Source of the DNA: an uncultured Candidatus Saccharibacteria bacterium
GTDB taxonomy: Bacteria > Patescibacteriota > Saccharimonadia > Saccharimonadales > CAIOMD01
Direction: 5' to 3'
DNA length: 64,000 nt
NCBI GenBank assembly: GCA_964566135.1
Contig: CAZMHM010000001.1
Span: forward strand, 5,829 to 69,828
In this document: positions 36,718-45,133 of the stretch, one piece after another
Layout: each line of letters begins with the position of its first letter
Position numbering within the stretch: the stretch's first letter is position 1
Program-made: the position numbers and the translations under genes
The notes under the pieces: generated by a model
Databases searched by the model: none
Told to the model about the DNA's origin: nothing
What the model saw: the letters and a program-made list of their open reading frames with translations, nothing else

Positions 36718-37214
36718 TATCTCGGGTGAACTCATCGAACGTAGATGGGCATCTAGCGAAGCTGGCATGTACTCTGGCTTAGCAGCAACCAAACAGTAGT
36801 CCGCGAGGTTGCGAGACAATGATAAATCTCTGTGTGGCATTTGCCGGAAAGTCCGATTGAACAGACCGGAACTCCGCTTATAAGCGCACAGACGGGTGCT
36901 CCCCCGGTCGGAAAGTACTATCGCTAGAGGTACCGACATAGGAGCAGCCATCGATGCAGCCGCATCGGCCTGAGGCCTCATTCCCCCGGAGGTCGTAAGG
37001 CACCAGATGGCGCACGGTGTGTTTTGCAAACTGCTGGGCATAACCCCCCACGGTCCGCCCGCAGCGAAAACACACTACCAGGCACTCGCGTGTCGTACGT
37101 CCGGCTTGGAAACAGCCCGGCGGATGTCTGTGAGAATTAGCAGACCGACCTTGTGCCAGATACGCCGGTGGGCAGACGGATTCGCTCCGTCTGCCCACCG
37201 GTAGTCCCACCTTT
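36718..37214 (+). ncRNA. Large GC-rich structured RNA candidate, family unresolved (divergent RNase P RNA is one possibility)
   Basis: No credible ORF. Dense hairpins include GCAACC/GGTTGC (36785-36812), CGATGC/GCATCG (~36952-36967), GGCC/GGCC, a long hairpin GTGTGTTTT...AAAACACAC (37016-37075) and a 13-bp stem at 37165-37200 followed by CCCACC and a T-run. GGAAAGTCCG (36845-36854) followed 5 nt later by ACAGA matches the RNase P CR-I string, and CGGCTT at 37102-37107 could form a P4-like helix. Other conserved RNase P blocks were not recognised. Confidence 0.5.
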
Positions 37215-37264
37215 TTGACACTTATGCTTGCAAAATCACCCTGTTATTTGGTAGGGTAATACCC

Positions 37265-38092
37265 ATGCACAAAAGGGAACTATCGCCCCAAGACAAGGGC
37301 GAATTTGTTTTTTTAGATGCCAATTTTGGCACCGAACTCAAAAAAGCAGAAACAGGCGAATTTCGTAAAAACGATCTAGAGTTTATTTGTGATGGCTTAA
37401 ATATCACGCACGAGCTTGCAGTAGCAAACCGTGTATTAATGTTTGCCGCCGGTATTTGCTATACCAAACACCCTAACGGCGAAGTATCAGAAGAACCAGA
37501 CGAAGCAATAGGCGAATTTAGGGGCTTCGAAACTATCCAAATAGATAACGAAACCTACCTAACTGCACTTATTGGCGACGATTTAGTAACCGACGAACCC
37601 CTAAAGCGCTTTATAATTTCCGAACGTGAACGTTACGAATGGATGCTACTACCTGATTATCCACATTACTTTAACCCCGAATTTACCGACCAATGGACAC
37701 GTGTTGCCCAACAGAGCTTTGATTTGCAAGATTTATTGGCCGAGGCAGCATCACGCCTAACATACCAGCCATTTGGCCCAACGCTAGACGACCAATTAAA
37801 CGCGTTAGAGCTTGTTGCAGCGCGCGAATACCAGCTATACCCAGGCGACAAGCTGTATTTAGCTGGTAGCCAAGCGCTACTTGCCGAACCCAGCGCTGCT
37901 ATACCGATTACCCGGCAGCTACCGCTAAACGAATCATCGTTTACCGGGACGTTCGAGGGTTTAACGGTAGAAGAACGCGTAGTAAAGGGCACTAAGGTGT
38001 CACGCCTTTGTCTTGCTGTTACGCTCGATGATGGTTCGTTTGTACTCCAGCCCTGCATTAGCACACACACTGCTGAAATTGTTGCAGCGTAG
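37265..38092 (+). CDS. Hypothetical protein (275 aa, acidic)
   Basis: Long ORF with normal composition. No family recognised. Confidence 0.5.
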   Translation: MHKRELSPQDKGEFVFLDANFGTELKKAETGEFRKNDLEFICDGLNITHELAVANRVLMFAAGICYTKHPNGEVSEEPDEAIGEFRGFETIQIDNETYLTALIGDDLVTDEPLKRFIISERERYEWMLLPDYPHYFNPEFTDQWTRVAQQSFDLQDLLAEAASRLTYQPFGPTLDDQLNALELVAAREYQLYPGDKLYLAGSQALLAEPSAAIPITRQLPLNESSFTGTFEGLTVEERVVKGTKVSRLCLAVTLDDGSFVLQPCISTHTAEIVAA

Positions 38093-38107
38093 GCGTATGC
38101 TTAAAGT

Positions 38108-38704
38108 ATGAGCAATTCAACTTCTCTTAAGGGTGTAAAAAATATCAAAGGATTATGGTGGACAGTCGTTGCAAGCGGCATACTTGGCATGCTGGCGTCG
38201 TTTATTCAGACCATAGAACGTATAGACTACGCAAAAAACCCGACATTGCCGTTAACGTGCGATGTTAATTCGGTGTTTAGTTGCAGCAGCGTGTTCGACG
38301 CCTGGCAATCATCGGTATTTGGGTTTTCTAACTCGTTAATGTGCATTGTGTTCTTTGTATTGCTGATTGGTATTGGCTTAGCAGGCGCTACAGGTAGCGT
38401 AATACATAAAAATGTACGCCTATTTGTACACTTTTTGACGGTCTTCTTTTTGGGCTTTGGTGCTTGGTATTTGTACGAAAGCGCCTGGGTTATTGGCTCG
38501 TTGTGTATCTTTTGTATCTTTTGCTACAGCGCCGTTATTGCTGCCAACTGGGCATGGCTACGTATTAACATTGCCGACTTACCGCTAGCAAGTAGCCACA
38601 AAGCTGGTGTTAACAGGGTGATTAGCAGTGGCGCAGACACATTTGTATGGCTTTTGTGGGCAATACTAATTGCGGGTATGTTGGCGCTCGGAATTCAGCA
38701 CTAA
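38108..38704 (+). CDS. Vitamin K epoxide reductase (VKOR)-family membrane protein
   Basis: TM protein with the loop cysteine pair CDVNSVFSC and an in-membrane CIFC (CxxC) motif. Confidence 0.75.
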   Translation: MSNSTSLKGVKNIKGLWWTVVASGILGMLASFIQTIERIDYAKNPTLPLTCDVNSVFSCSSVFDAWQSSVFGFSNSLMCIVFFVLLIGIGLAGATGSVIHKNVRLFVHFLTVFFLGFGAWYLYESAWVIGSLCIFCIFCYSAVIAANWAWLRINIADLPLASSHKAGVNRVISSGADTFVWLLWAILIAGMLALGIQH

Positions 38705-38737
38705 AACAGATACAGCGCATGCTATACTAGCTACAAG

Positions 38738-39769
38738 ATGAGTAAAGAAGTAATTTTAACTGGTATCCGCAGCAATGACGAGCCGCATATCGGTAATTAT
38801 TTAGGTGCGATATTGCCGATGGTGCAATTGCAGGAAAAAGCTGGTGAGTATCAACTTAATATGTTCGTACCAGATTTGCACAGTTTTACTACTCCAATTG
38901 ATCACACAACGCTATATACAAATACATTTAGGAATTTAAAGTATTTTGTAGCTGCCGGGTTAGATTTAAGCAATGCAGATACGTATATTTACCGCCAAAG
39001 CTATATACCCGCACACAGCGAACTAGCCTGGATACTAGACTGTTTTACTGGTTTTGGTGAAGCGAGCAGAATGGTTGAATTCAAAGATAAAGCAGAACGG
39101 CTCGGTAAGGATCAAGTTACCGTTGGTCTGTTTAATTACCCGGTTTTGCAAGCAGCAGATATTTTATTGTACAGCGCAAAGTGGGTACCAGTAGGCGAAG
39201 ACCAACGCCAACATATTGAACTTGCGCGTACGCTTGCCCAACGGCTTAATAATAGGTTTGATTCGGATTTGTTTATTGTGCCAGAAGATACCGCCAAGCA
39301 AGCAGCTTTTGCGGGTAATTCTAATTCTTTGCGAATACGTTCATTTAGAAACCCAGATAAAAAAATGAGCAAAAGCGTTAATGACCCTGCTGGCACTATA
39401 CTTTTGAGTGATAATCCGGCCGATGCTGCCAAAAAAGTTATGAGCGCCACCACTGATAGTTATGGCGAAATCCAGTTTGATTTTAAAGAACGCCCCGGTA
39501 TCAGCAATCTACTGCAAATACTTGCGCTACTAACCGATACGCCTCAGGCAGATGTTATTGCCCAGTGGCAAGGCAAAACCAGCTATGGTGACCTTAAAAA
39601 GGCTGTAGCAGATGCTGTACAACAGTTCTTAACTGATTTTCAGGCTGCATTTAACAATGTTGACGACGCTGGTATTCAGCACAAGCTAGAGCAAAGCGAA
39701 CAAGCAATGCGCCAGGTGGCTGACGCACGATTATTTACTGTTCAACAAGCAGTAGGCTTACGGCCATAG
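38738..39769 (+). CDS. trpS: Tryptophan--tRNA ligase
   Basis: HIGNYLGA (HIGH-type) and KMSKS motifs; size fits class Ic. Confidence 0.93.
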   Translation: MSKEVILTGIRSNDEPHIGNYLGAILPMVQLQEKAGEYQLNMFVPDLHSFTTPIDHTTLYTNTFRNLKYFVAAGLDLSNADTYIYRQSYIPAHSELAWILDCFTGFGEASRMVEFKDKAERLGKDQVTVGLFNYPVLQAADILLYSAKWVPVGEDQRQHIELARTLAQRLNNRFDSDLFIVPEDTAKQAAFAGNSNSLRIRSFRNPDKKMSKSVNDPAGTILLSDNPADAAKKVMSATTDSYGEIQFDFKERPGISNLLQILALLTDTPQADVIAQWQGKTSYGDLKKAVADAVQQFLTDFQAAFNNVDDAGIQHKLEQSEQAMRQVADARLFTVQQAVGLRP

Positions 39770-39771
39770 CA

Positions 39772-40119
39772 ATGCAAAAAAATACTGTCACAAATGATTC
39801 GCTAAATTTGGGGTCTTTTGGTATTGCTGGCGAGCCAGAGGCAGTAGCCATTAAGCACGAGCACACATCTTATGATGGCGAAGAAGTGTATTTTACAATT
39901 GGTGCCGACTGTTACGTTGCATTTTGCGATGACTACCTTGGTTTATCAGATATCACTAGCGCCATTACCTCCATGAAGGATAATGATAAGAACATTACCG
40001 AAGTTATCTTGCTAAAACCCAAAGAGCAAAATGTGACCACACCTGATGATAATCATAAATCGCATACCAAAGACGGCAGTATGCTTTATGTAGCAAGGAT
40101 AGTATATGCAAATAACTAA
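39772..40119 (+). CDS. Hypothetical protein (115 aa)
   Basis: ORF in operon-like spacing after trpS. No family recognised. Confidence 0.4.
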   Translation: MQKNTVTNDSLNLGSFGIAGEPEAVAIKHEHTSYDGEEVYFTIGADCYVAFCDDYLGLSDITSAITSMKDNDKNITEVILLKPKEQNVTTPDDNHKSHTKDGSMLYVARIVYANN

Positions 40120-40957
40120 CGATTCCGAAGTTGCAATGCGTGCAGACGTACTGCTTGCTAATACGTTCCCGCAATATTCACGTGCGGCGCTTGCCAAGTT
40201 GTTCGAGCGTGGTGCAATTACGCAAGACGGCAAAGCTTTAAAGCCAGGCGAAAAGCTACAGCCAGGCGAAGTGTTTGAGGCCGTAATTGAAACCCTAGAA
40301 CAAGTAGCCGAAAGTATCGATTTGCCGGTAATTTACGAAGACGATAATGTAATTGTTATAGATAAGCCGATTGGTGTTATTAGCCATGCTCGTGGCCGCT
40401 ATTGGGACGAAGCATCGGTTGCTAGTTTTGTACGCGATAAAGTATCGGGTATGGATGGTGAACGTGCAGGTATTGTGCACCGATTAGACCGCGCTACCAG
40501 CGGTGTTATGATTTGCGCCAAGAACTCCGAAACACTCAGCATGCTACAAAAGCAATTTAGCCTCCGTAAGACTAAAAAGACCTATTACGCAGTAGTGCAG
40601 GGTACGCCAAGCCCGGCCGAGGCAATTATTGATGTGCCACTTGGCCGTAACCCTAATAAGCCGCAAACATTCAGGCCAGACCCACAAGGTAAGCCGTCGT
40701 CTAGCGAATATAAAGTTGTAGATAGCAATGACGAACATGCATTACTACTGTTAAGCCCTAAGACAGGCCGCACACATCAACTGCGTGTCCATTTGCAGTA
40801 TATTAAGCACCCAATTGTTGGTGACGAGCTGTACGGTGATAAAAAAGCCGACCGCTTATACCTGCACGCCTATAGCCTAGAAATCACCGTGCCAGGCGGC
40901 GAACGCAAAACCTTTATAAGCGAAGTACCAAAAGAATTTAAGGCGTTGGTGGCATGA
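40106..40957 (+). CDS. RluA-family pseudouridine synthase (RluD-like, with an S4-like N-terminus)
   Basis: HRLDRATSGVM catalytic motif and GRTHQLRVH motif. Confidence 0.85.
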   Translation: MQITNDSEVAMRADVLLANTFPQYSRAALAKLFERGAITQDGKALKPGEKLQPGEVFEAVIETLEQVAESIDLPVIYEDDNVIVIDKPIGVISHARGRYWDEASVASFVRDKVSGMDGERAGIVHRLDRATSGVMICAKNSETLSMLQKQFSLRKTKKTYYAVVQGTPSPAEAIIDVPLGRNPNKPQTFRPDPQGKPSSSEYKVVDSNDEHALLLLSPKTGRTHQLRVHLQYIKHPIVGDELYGDKKADRLYLHAYSLEITVPGGERKTFISEVPKEFKALVA

Positions 40958-40958
40958 T

Positions 40959-41795
40959 ATGGAACTGCTACTGCACCCACAAACCAAGCAGCGTTACGCG
41001 CTAATTGTCAGTGATCCACCCCAGAGCATTTTAGTGGTGGCGCCTCAGGGCAGTGGCAAAGAAACCATATTACGAGCCTTAGCTGCCGAAATTCTTGGCG
41101 AGCACCCGGCCGGCAGGCTATTTGAGATTACTCCGCCCGAGGATAAAAACAGCATAGGTATAGAGGCAATCCGCGAACTTAAAACCAGCCTACGTTTAAA
41201 ATCAGATAAGCATCGTGTTGTTATAATTCCGCATGCCGAACTATTAACGCCCGAGGCTCAAAATAGTTTTTTAAAGATTTTAGAAGAACCACCAAAAAAC
41301 GTACACTTTTTTATGGCCGTTACCAAGCTGGGTGACATGTTAGATACTATTCAGTCACGCACCGTTGTATGGCGTTTAAACCTACCTACCAAAGAACAAC
41401 TAAATACATACTTTGCAGATAAACCAGATGCGCACCGCGCCAAAGCAATCGCTATTGGCGAATCACGCATTGGGCTGATAACGGCATTACTTGATGACGA
41501 TGAAAATCACGAGCTTTTGCATGCTATAGATACCGCCAAAGAAATACTGGGCGAAAACCATTTTGAGCGCATGATTCGGGTAGATGCTTTATCTAAGGAT
41601 GCAACGCAAACCGCGTTAGTGCTCGAGGCGCTAGAACTAGTGTGCAAAGCCGCGCTAGAAAACGCAGCCAGTAAGAACAACCACACAGTTAAACAATGGC
41701 ACAAACGCTTAGGCTATGTAACACAAGCCGAAGATTGGCTGCAAACAAAAGTGCAGGCTAAATTGGTGCTGAGCCACCTCTTTATGCGTATCTAG
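40959..41795 (+). CDS. holB: DNA polymerase III delta-prime-like clamp-loader subunit
   Basis: APQGSGKET (P-loop-like) and AQNSFLKILEEPP motifs. Confidence 0.65.
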   Translation: MELLLHPQTKQRYALIVSDPPQSILVVAPQGSGKETILRALAAEILGEHPAGRLFEITPPEDKNSIGIEAIRELKTSLRLKSDKHRVVIIPHAELLTPEAQNSFLKILEEPPKNVHFFMAVTKLGDMLDTIQSRTVVWRLNLPTKEQLNTYFADKPDAHRAKAIAIGESRIGLITALLDDDENHELLHAIDTAKEILGENHFERMIRVDALSKDATQTALVLEALELVCKAALENAASKNNHTVKQWHKRLGYVTQAEDWLQTKVQAKLVLSHLFMRI

Positions 41796-41823
41796 TGCAA
41801 AATGATATAATAGAACGAACGCA

Positions 41824-42489
41824 ATGTTAGAATTAGTTGTTTTACTTATTTTCGCTTTTTTCGCTTTTCGAGCTACTTATAAAGTAGACGAAGGTATTAA
41901 TGAAATCCCCGACAAAGTTGGGCTTCGCTTGGGTCGTTTATGGGATATCGCGCATCAGGGTATGCGTGAAAACAAGCTGTTACGCGCCGAAAAGGCACTG
42001 TTAACGATTCTTAAGATTGACGAAAAGAACGCCGCCGCCTATAACCGTTTAGGCATTTTGTATGCTAAGCAAAAAGAGTTTAAAGACGCGATAGATTGTT
42101 TTGAAATCGCATCGAGTATAGAAAAAAGTGCATCGAGCCTACATAACCTTGGCCTAATTTATTACGAAACAGGCGATTACGGCCGTGCTTCGGTAGCATT
42201 TGAAGAAGCCCTACAGTTAGACGAAGGCATGGCAGCACGCCATATTGCCTACGCAAAGGTAGAAGAAAAGCTTGGTAATGATAAAAAGATGATTAGCGAG
42301 CTAGAGCGTGCAGCCGAACTAGAGCCAAACAAAGAAACTTACACCCTGTTACACCGTGCATACGAGATTAAAGGCATGGAAGAAGAAGCAAAACAGCTCC
42401 AAAAGAAGTTAAATCGTATTAGCGGTGGCACTGCCGCTGCGAGCAGCAAGCCAAAGCGCATCCAACGCCCACCGCGCGTCGTCGTTTAA
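41824..42489 (+). CDS. TPR-repeat protein with an N-terminal TM helix
   Basis: Repeated A..YN.LG..Y....F..A...FE.A units. Confidence 0.7.
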   Translation: MLELVVLLIFAFFAFRATYKVDEGINEIPDKVGLRLGRLWDIAHQGMRENKLLRAEKALLTILKIDEKNAAAYNRLGILYAKQKEFKDAIDCFEIASSIEKSASSLHNLGLIYYETGDYGRASVAFEEALQLDEGMAARHIAYAKVEEKLGNDKKMISELERAAELEPNKETYTLLHRAYEIKGMEEEAKQLQKKLNRISGGTAAASSKPKRIQRPPRVVV

Positions 42490-42557
42490 ATTTACTCTTA
42501 TATTTGCATTGCCAAGCTTAAAATCTGCTGTATAGTTGCTGTATATAAGGAGCAACC

Positions 42558-43100
42558 GTGGAAGAAAATACAAAACCTCAGGAATCAGCTGAACTAAATC
42601 TGTTCGTAATGTCAAAAACTAAGCTAGCAATCATGTGTGTTGCAACTTTTGGCATATATGACATTTATTGGTTTTACAAAAACTGGAAGGCCGTTCAGGC
42701 TATTGATCCTAAGGTAAAGCATCCATTTTGGCGTGCATTTTTTGCAATATTTTATTGCTACTCGTTCTTTAAGCTAGTGCAAAACAGGGCTGCCGATGCA
42801 AAGTACCCTAAAAATGTATATGCAGATTTACTTGCACCAATCTATATTGTGTTACTACTTGTTGGCAATTTTTGGGGAAGGGCAACCATAACAAATCAGT
42901 GGCTAGATTTATCCTTGTTTGTAATCACAACGCTAGGTTTTGTACCGCTGCTATTTGTCCAAGACGCCATTAACTTTTTAGATACAAAAGATGCGACAGC
43001 AAAGGTTAAAACAACTTTTTCTACGTTTGCACTGATTGTAGCCATACTAGGTTCGCTAACTATGTTGCTTGCATTTGTGGGTACGTTATTCCCCGAATGA
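42558..43100 (+). CDS. DUF4234-like membrane protein
   Basis: TFGIYDIYWFYKNWKAV motif and 4 TM helices. Confidence 0.5.
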   Translation: MEENTKPQESAELNLFVMSKTKLAIMCVATFGIYDIYWFYKNWKAVQAIDPKVKHPFWRAFFAIFYCYSFFKLVQNRAADAKYPKNVYADLLAPIYIVLLLVGNFWGRATITNQWLDLSLFVITTLGFVPLLFVQDAINFLDTKDATAKVKTTFSTFALIVAILGSLTMLLAFVGTLFPE

Positions 43101-43211
43101 GCCCTATACGGTAAGCTTAAGCACAGTTTACCCACAGGGTAGGTTGAAACAATCTGATATCTTTGGTAGTATAGCGGTTGGCTCTTAAACGAGTAGTACC
43201 TTCCAAATTTT

Positions 43212-43288
43212 GCCGACATAGCTCAGTTGGCCAGAGCGGCTGTTTTGTAAACAGCGGGTCGTGGGTTCGAATCCCTCTGTCGGCTCCA
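43212..43288 (+). tRNA. tRNA-Thr (anticodon UGU), CCA encoded
   Basis: Hand-folded cloverleaf: acceptor GCCGACA/TGTCGGC, D-arm GCTC/GAGC, anticodon stem GCTGT/ACAGC with loop TTTGTAA, T-loop TTCGAAT. One T-T mismatch in the T-stem. Confidence 0.85.
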
Positions 43289-43431
43289 AAATGCTATCAA
43301 CCAATAATGGTTGCGCTAGTTTTAGATACCATGCGAGAGTATCTAAATCCCAGAACCTTACGTGAGGTGAGGTTCGGGGGAGGTGTTACAACCAGGGTAG
43401 GCGTCTGCGTAGACTCAGACGTCTACATTTT

Positions 43432-43517
43432 GCAGGGTTAGTGAAGCGGTCAAACACAACAGACTGTAAATCTGTCCTCTTTCGAGTTCGGAGGTTCGAA
43501 TCCTCCACCCTGCACCA
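43432..43517 (+). tRNA. tRNA-Tyr (anticodon GUA) with a long variable arm, CCA encoded
   Basis: Acceptor GCAGGGT/ACCCTGC, anticodon stem ACAGA/TCTGT with loop CTGTAAA, T-arm GGAGG-TTCGAAT-CCTCC. Confidence 0.9.
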
Positions 43518-43525
43518 AACTAATA

Positions 43526-43555
43526 GGACCTACCCTGAATGGGTGGGTCTTTTTA
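43526..43555 (+). terminator. Intrinsic terminator after tRNA-Tyr
   Basis: GGACCTACCC-tgaat-GGGTGGGTCT followed by a T-run. Confidence 0.65.
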
Positions 43556-43561
43556 GTTTTA

Positions 43562-43686
43562 TGGAGGCGATGATGGATTCGAACGACAAAGCTCAGTGAG
43601 CTTTGGCCGCCTGAAACCCGTAGGGTTGCATTGGCAAATGTAATGTTCATTTGCCTGCAAGGTCGAATCCTCCACCCTGCACCAAA
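43562..43686 (+). repeat. Repeat unit 1: three-hairpin element ending in a 24-nt exact copy of the tRNA-Tyr 3' end
   Basis: 43663-43686 is identical to 43496-43519 (TCGAATCCTCCACCCTGCACCAAA). The 5' box ATTCGAACGACAA is at 43577-43589. Hairpins lie at 43588-43604, 43615-43627 and 43633-43655, and the unit has its own terminator at 43695-43718. Confidence 0.7.
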
Positions 43687-43724
43687 TAAAAGTGCCCCGG
43701 CTTGTCTGGGGTATTTTTATTTGG

Positions 43725-43842
43725 TTAAGTAGTCGGGCATTCGAACGACAACTGCTTGTAGCAGTTGACCGCCGTTTAGCCACGTAAGTGGTTTGTCAGG
43801 CAAAAGTAAGTTTCTTTTGCGACAAAGGTCGAATCCTCCACC
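43725..43842 (+). repeat. Repeat unit 2: same architecture as unit 1, more diverged
   Basis: ATTCGAACGACAA recurs at 43739-43751. Hairpins at 43750-43766, 43780-43791 and 43800-43820 occupy matching positions with different stem sequences. The unit ends AAGGTCGAATCCTCCACC (43825-43842), as does unit 1 at 43659-43676. Confidence 0.65.
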
Positions 43843-43895
43843 AATCCCTATTGACTAAACCGCAAATCAGAGGTAAAGTTTCTGAGGTTTGATTT

Positions 43896-44093
43896 ATGAG
43901 TGTTGATATCCAAAATTCGATTGTTCCAGAGCAAAGAGATGCCGAGATTCCAAGCATGACTCGGCCTAATCGGCGTAATGTTGACGATTTTGCTAAAACG
44001 TATCGCCAGCTAGCTGCTGTAGCAATTGATCCTGATACTCGGCAAGAATACTTAATGATGGCCGAAATGTTCGACCAAAAACCACGTACTTAG
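43896..44093 (+). CDS. Hypothetical small protein (65 aa)
   Basis: ORF between the repeat units and tRNA-Thr. No family recognised. Confidence 0.3.
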   Translation: MSVDIQNSIVPEQRDAEIPSMTRPNRRNVDDFAKTYRQLAAVAIDPDTRQEYLMMAEMFDQKPRT

Positions 44094-44137
44094 TGTTGCT
44101 GTAACACCTGTAAATTTGGTAAAATAAGTCACGTTGT

Positions 44138-44212
<75 letters not shown>

Positions 44213-44409
44213 AGAAGATAATTACAATTATAATAAAGTTATTACGACTTGTCATGGCTCCTGAATTAGAAGAAGCGTACAAGAAATATCATAATTAACT
44301 AAAACGCACAACATACAATGTGCGACATAGCCGACAGTGAAAAATCTGTCGGTTTTTTGATTGCGCACTATGTCTTTCGCTGGTAAACTTTAGTAAATAA
44401 AGGGTGGCG

Positions 44410-44922
44410 ATGAAAGGGATTTTTATGGCTACCGATAATAAAAACATTGCAATCATCAAACAATCTATAAAAGAACAGAAGCTTATGTTTGAGTATACTA
44501 ATAATATTTACGACCAGCTTCGTATCAAGGCTCTTGCACTAATCGCGGGAGAGGTAGCGATACTAACCTTCTTGTTTAATACTTGGAATTTCAGACTTAT
44601 TTTAAAAGATAGTGATAGGATTTTCTTCTTCTTTACTGGTGTCGTGTTCATGGGTCTCGCGTTTGCTTTTCTTTTATGGATTATATCGACTGTACCTTGG
44701 AAGTTTCCTCACGATTTGCAGAGCGCAGACGCGCACCTGAATAATAAGAATTACGATAGTGAAGAGAGTTTTCTGAAAATTTTACATGATGACTACATCG
44801 TAGTGAATAAGCACAACTCGGAAATTGTCACTAACAAGTATAAAAAGTTTAATTGGACTATATTTCTACTTGCGGCAGGTGTTATAATAGTAATGGTTAT
44901 TAAATTCGGAGGGCCACAATGA
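44410..44922 (+). CDS. Hypothetical 3-TM membrane protein
   Basis: ATG at 44410 is preceded by AAGGGTGG. The gene is AT-rich and is flanked by two near-identical terminator hairpins (44330-44357 and 44973-44999). Confidence 0.5.
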   Translation: MKGIFMATDNKNIAIIKQSIKEQKLMFEYTNNIYDQLRIKALALIAGEVAILTFLFNTWNFRLILKDSDRIFFFFTGVVFMGLAFAFLLWIISTVPWKFPHDLQSADAHLNNKNYDSEESFLKILHDDYIVVNKHNSEIVTNKYKKFNWTIFLLAAGVIIVMVIKFGGPQ

Positions 44923-45133
44923 CAAGTAACGAAGTAACAATAATCCAATAAGAGTTTGAACGAGTGGAATAGCCGACAGAAAAATCTGTCGGTTTTTTTA
45001 TTCGGGGCTTTATTCTGCACACAGTTAGCACACCACTAACAGGGGCGGGTGTTAAAAATACTATTGCCAAAACTTTATATAATTGCTAATATTAATTCGT
45101 GGCGTCGACCCGAGGGGTCCATGGCCACACCAA

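Noticed and set aside
36795-37207. GTAGTCC direct repeat read as a target-site duplication of a ~400-nt mobile element
   Set aside because: It is only 7 nt, no terminal inverted repeats lie inside it, and a chance occurrence is plausible. It is mentioned in the finding but not called a mobile element.
36718-37214. tmRNA (ssrA) in the second GC-rich region
   Set aside because: There is no tRNA-like 3' end (T-loop plus acceptor plus ACCA) and no 5'/3' acceptor pairing. No tag-like reading frame ending in ...LAA-stop exists on either strand.
43562-43686. Mini-tmRNA reading of repeat unit 1: GGAGGCGAUGAUGGAUUCGAAC resembles a tmRNA 5' end, and GCT TTG GCC GCC TGA (43600-43614) encodes ALAA-stop
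   Set aside because: The 5' GGAGGCG cannot form a 7-bp acceptor stem with the 3' ACCCTGC. There is no G-U at the third base pair. An in-frame TGA lies immediately upstream, leaving a 4-codon tag, and unit 2 lacks the frame. This was treated as coincidence.
43178-43783. ORFs 43178-43441 +, 43450-43650 - and 43559-43783 -
   Set aside because: They run through the tRNA genes and the tRNA-derived repeat units, so they are not coding.
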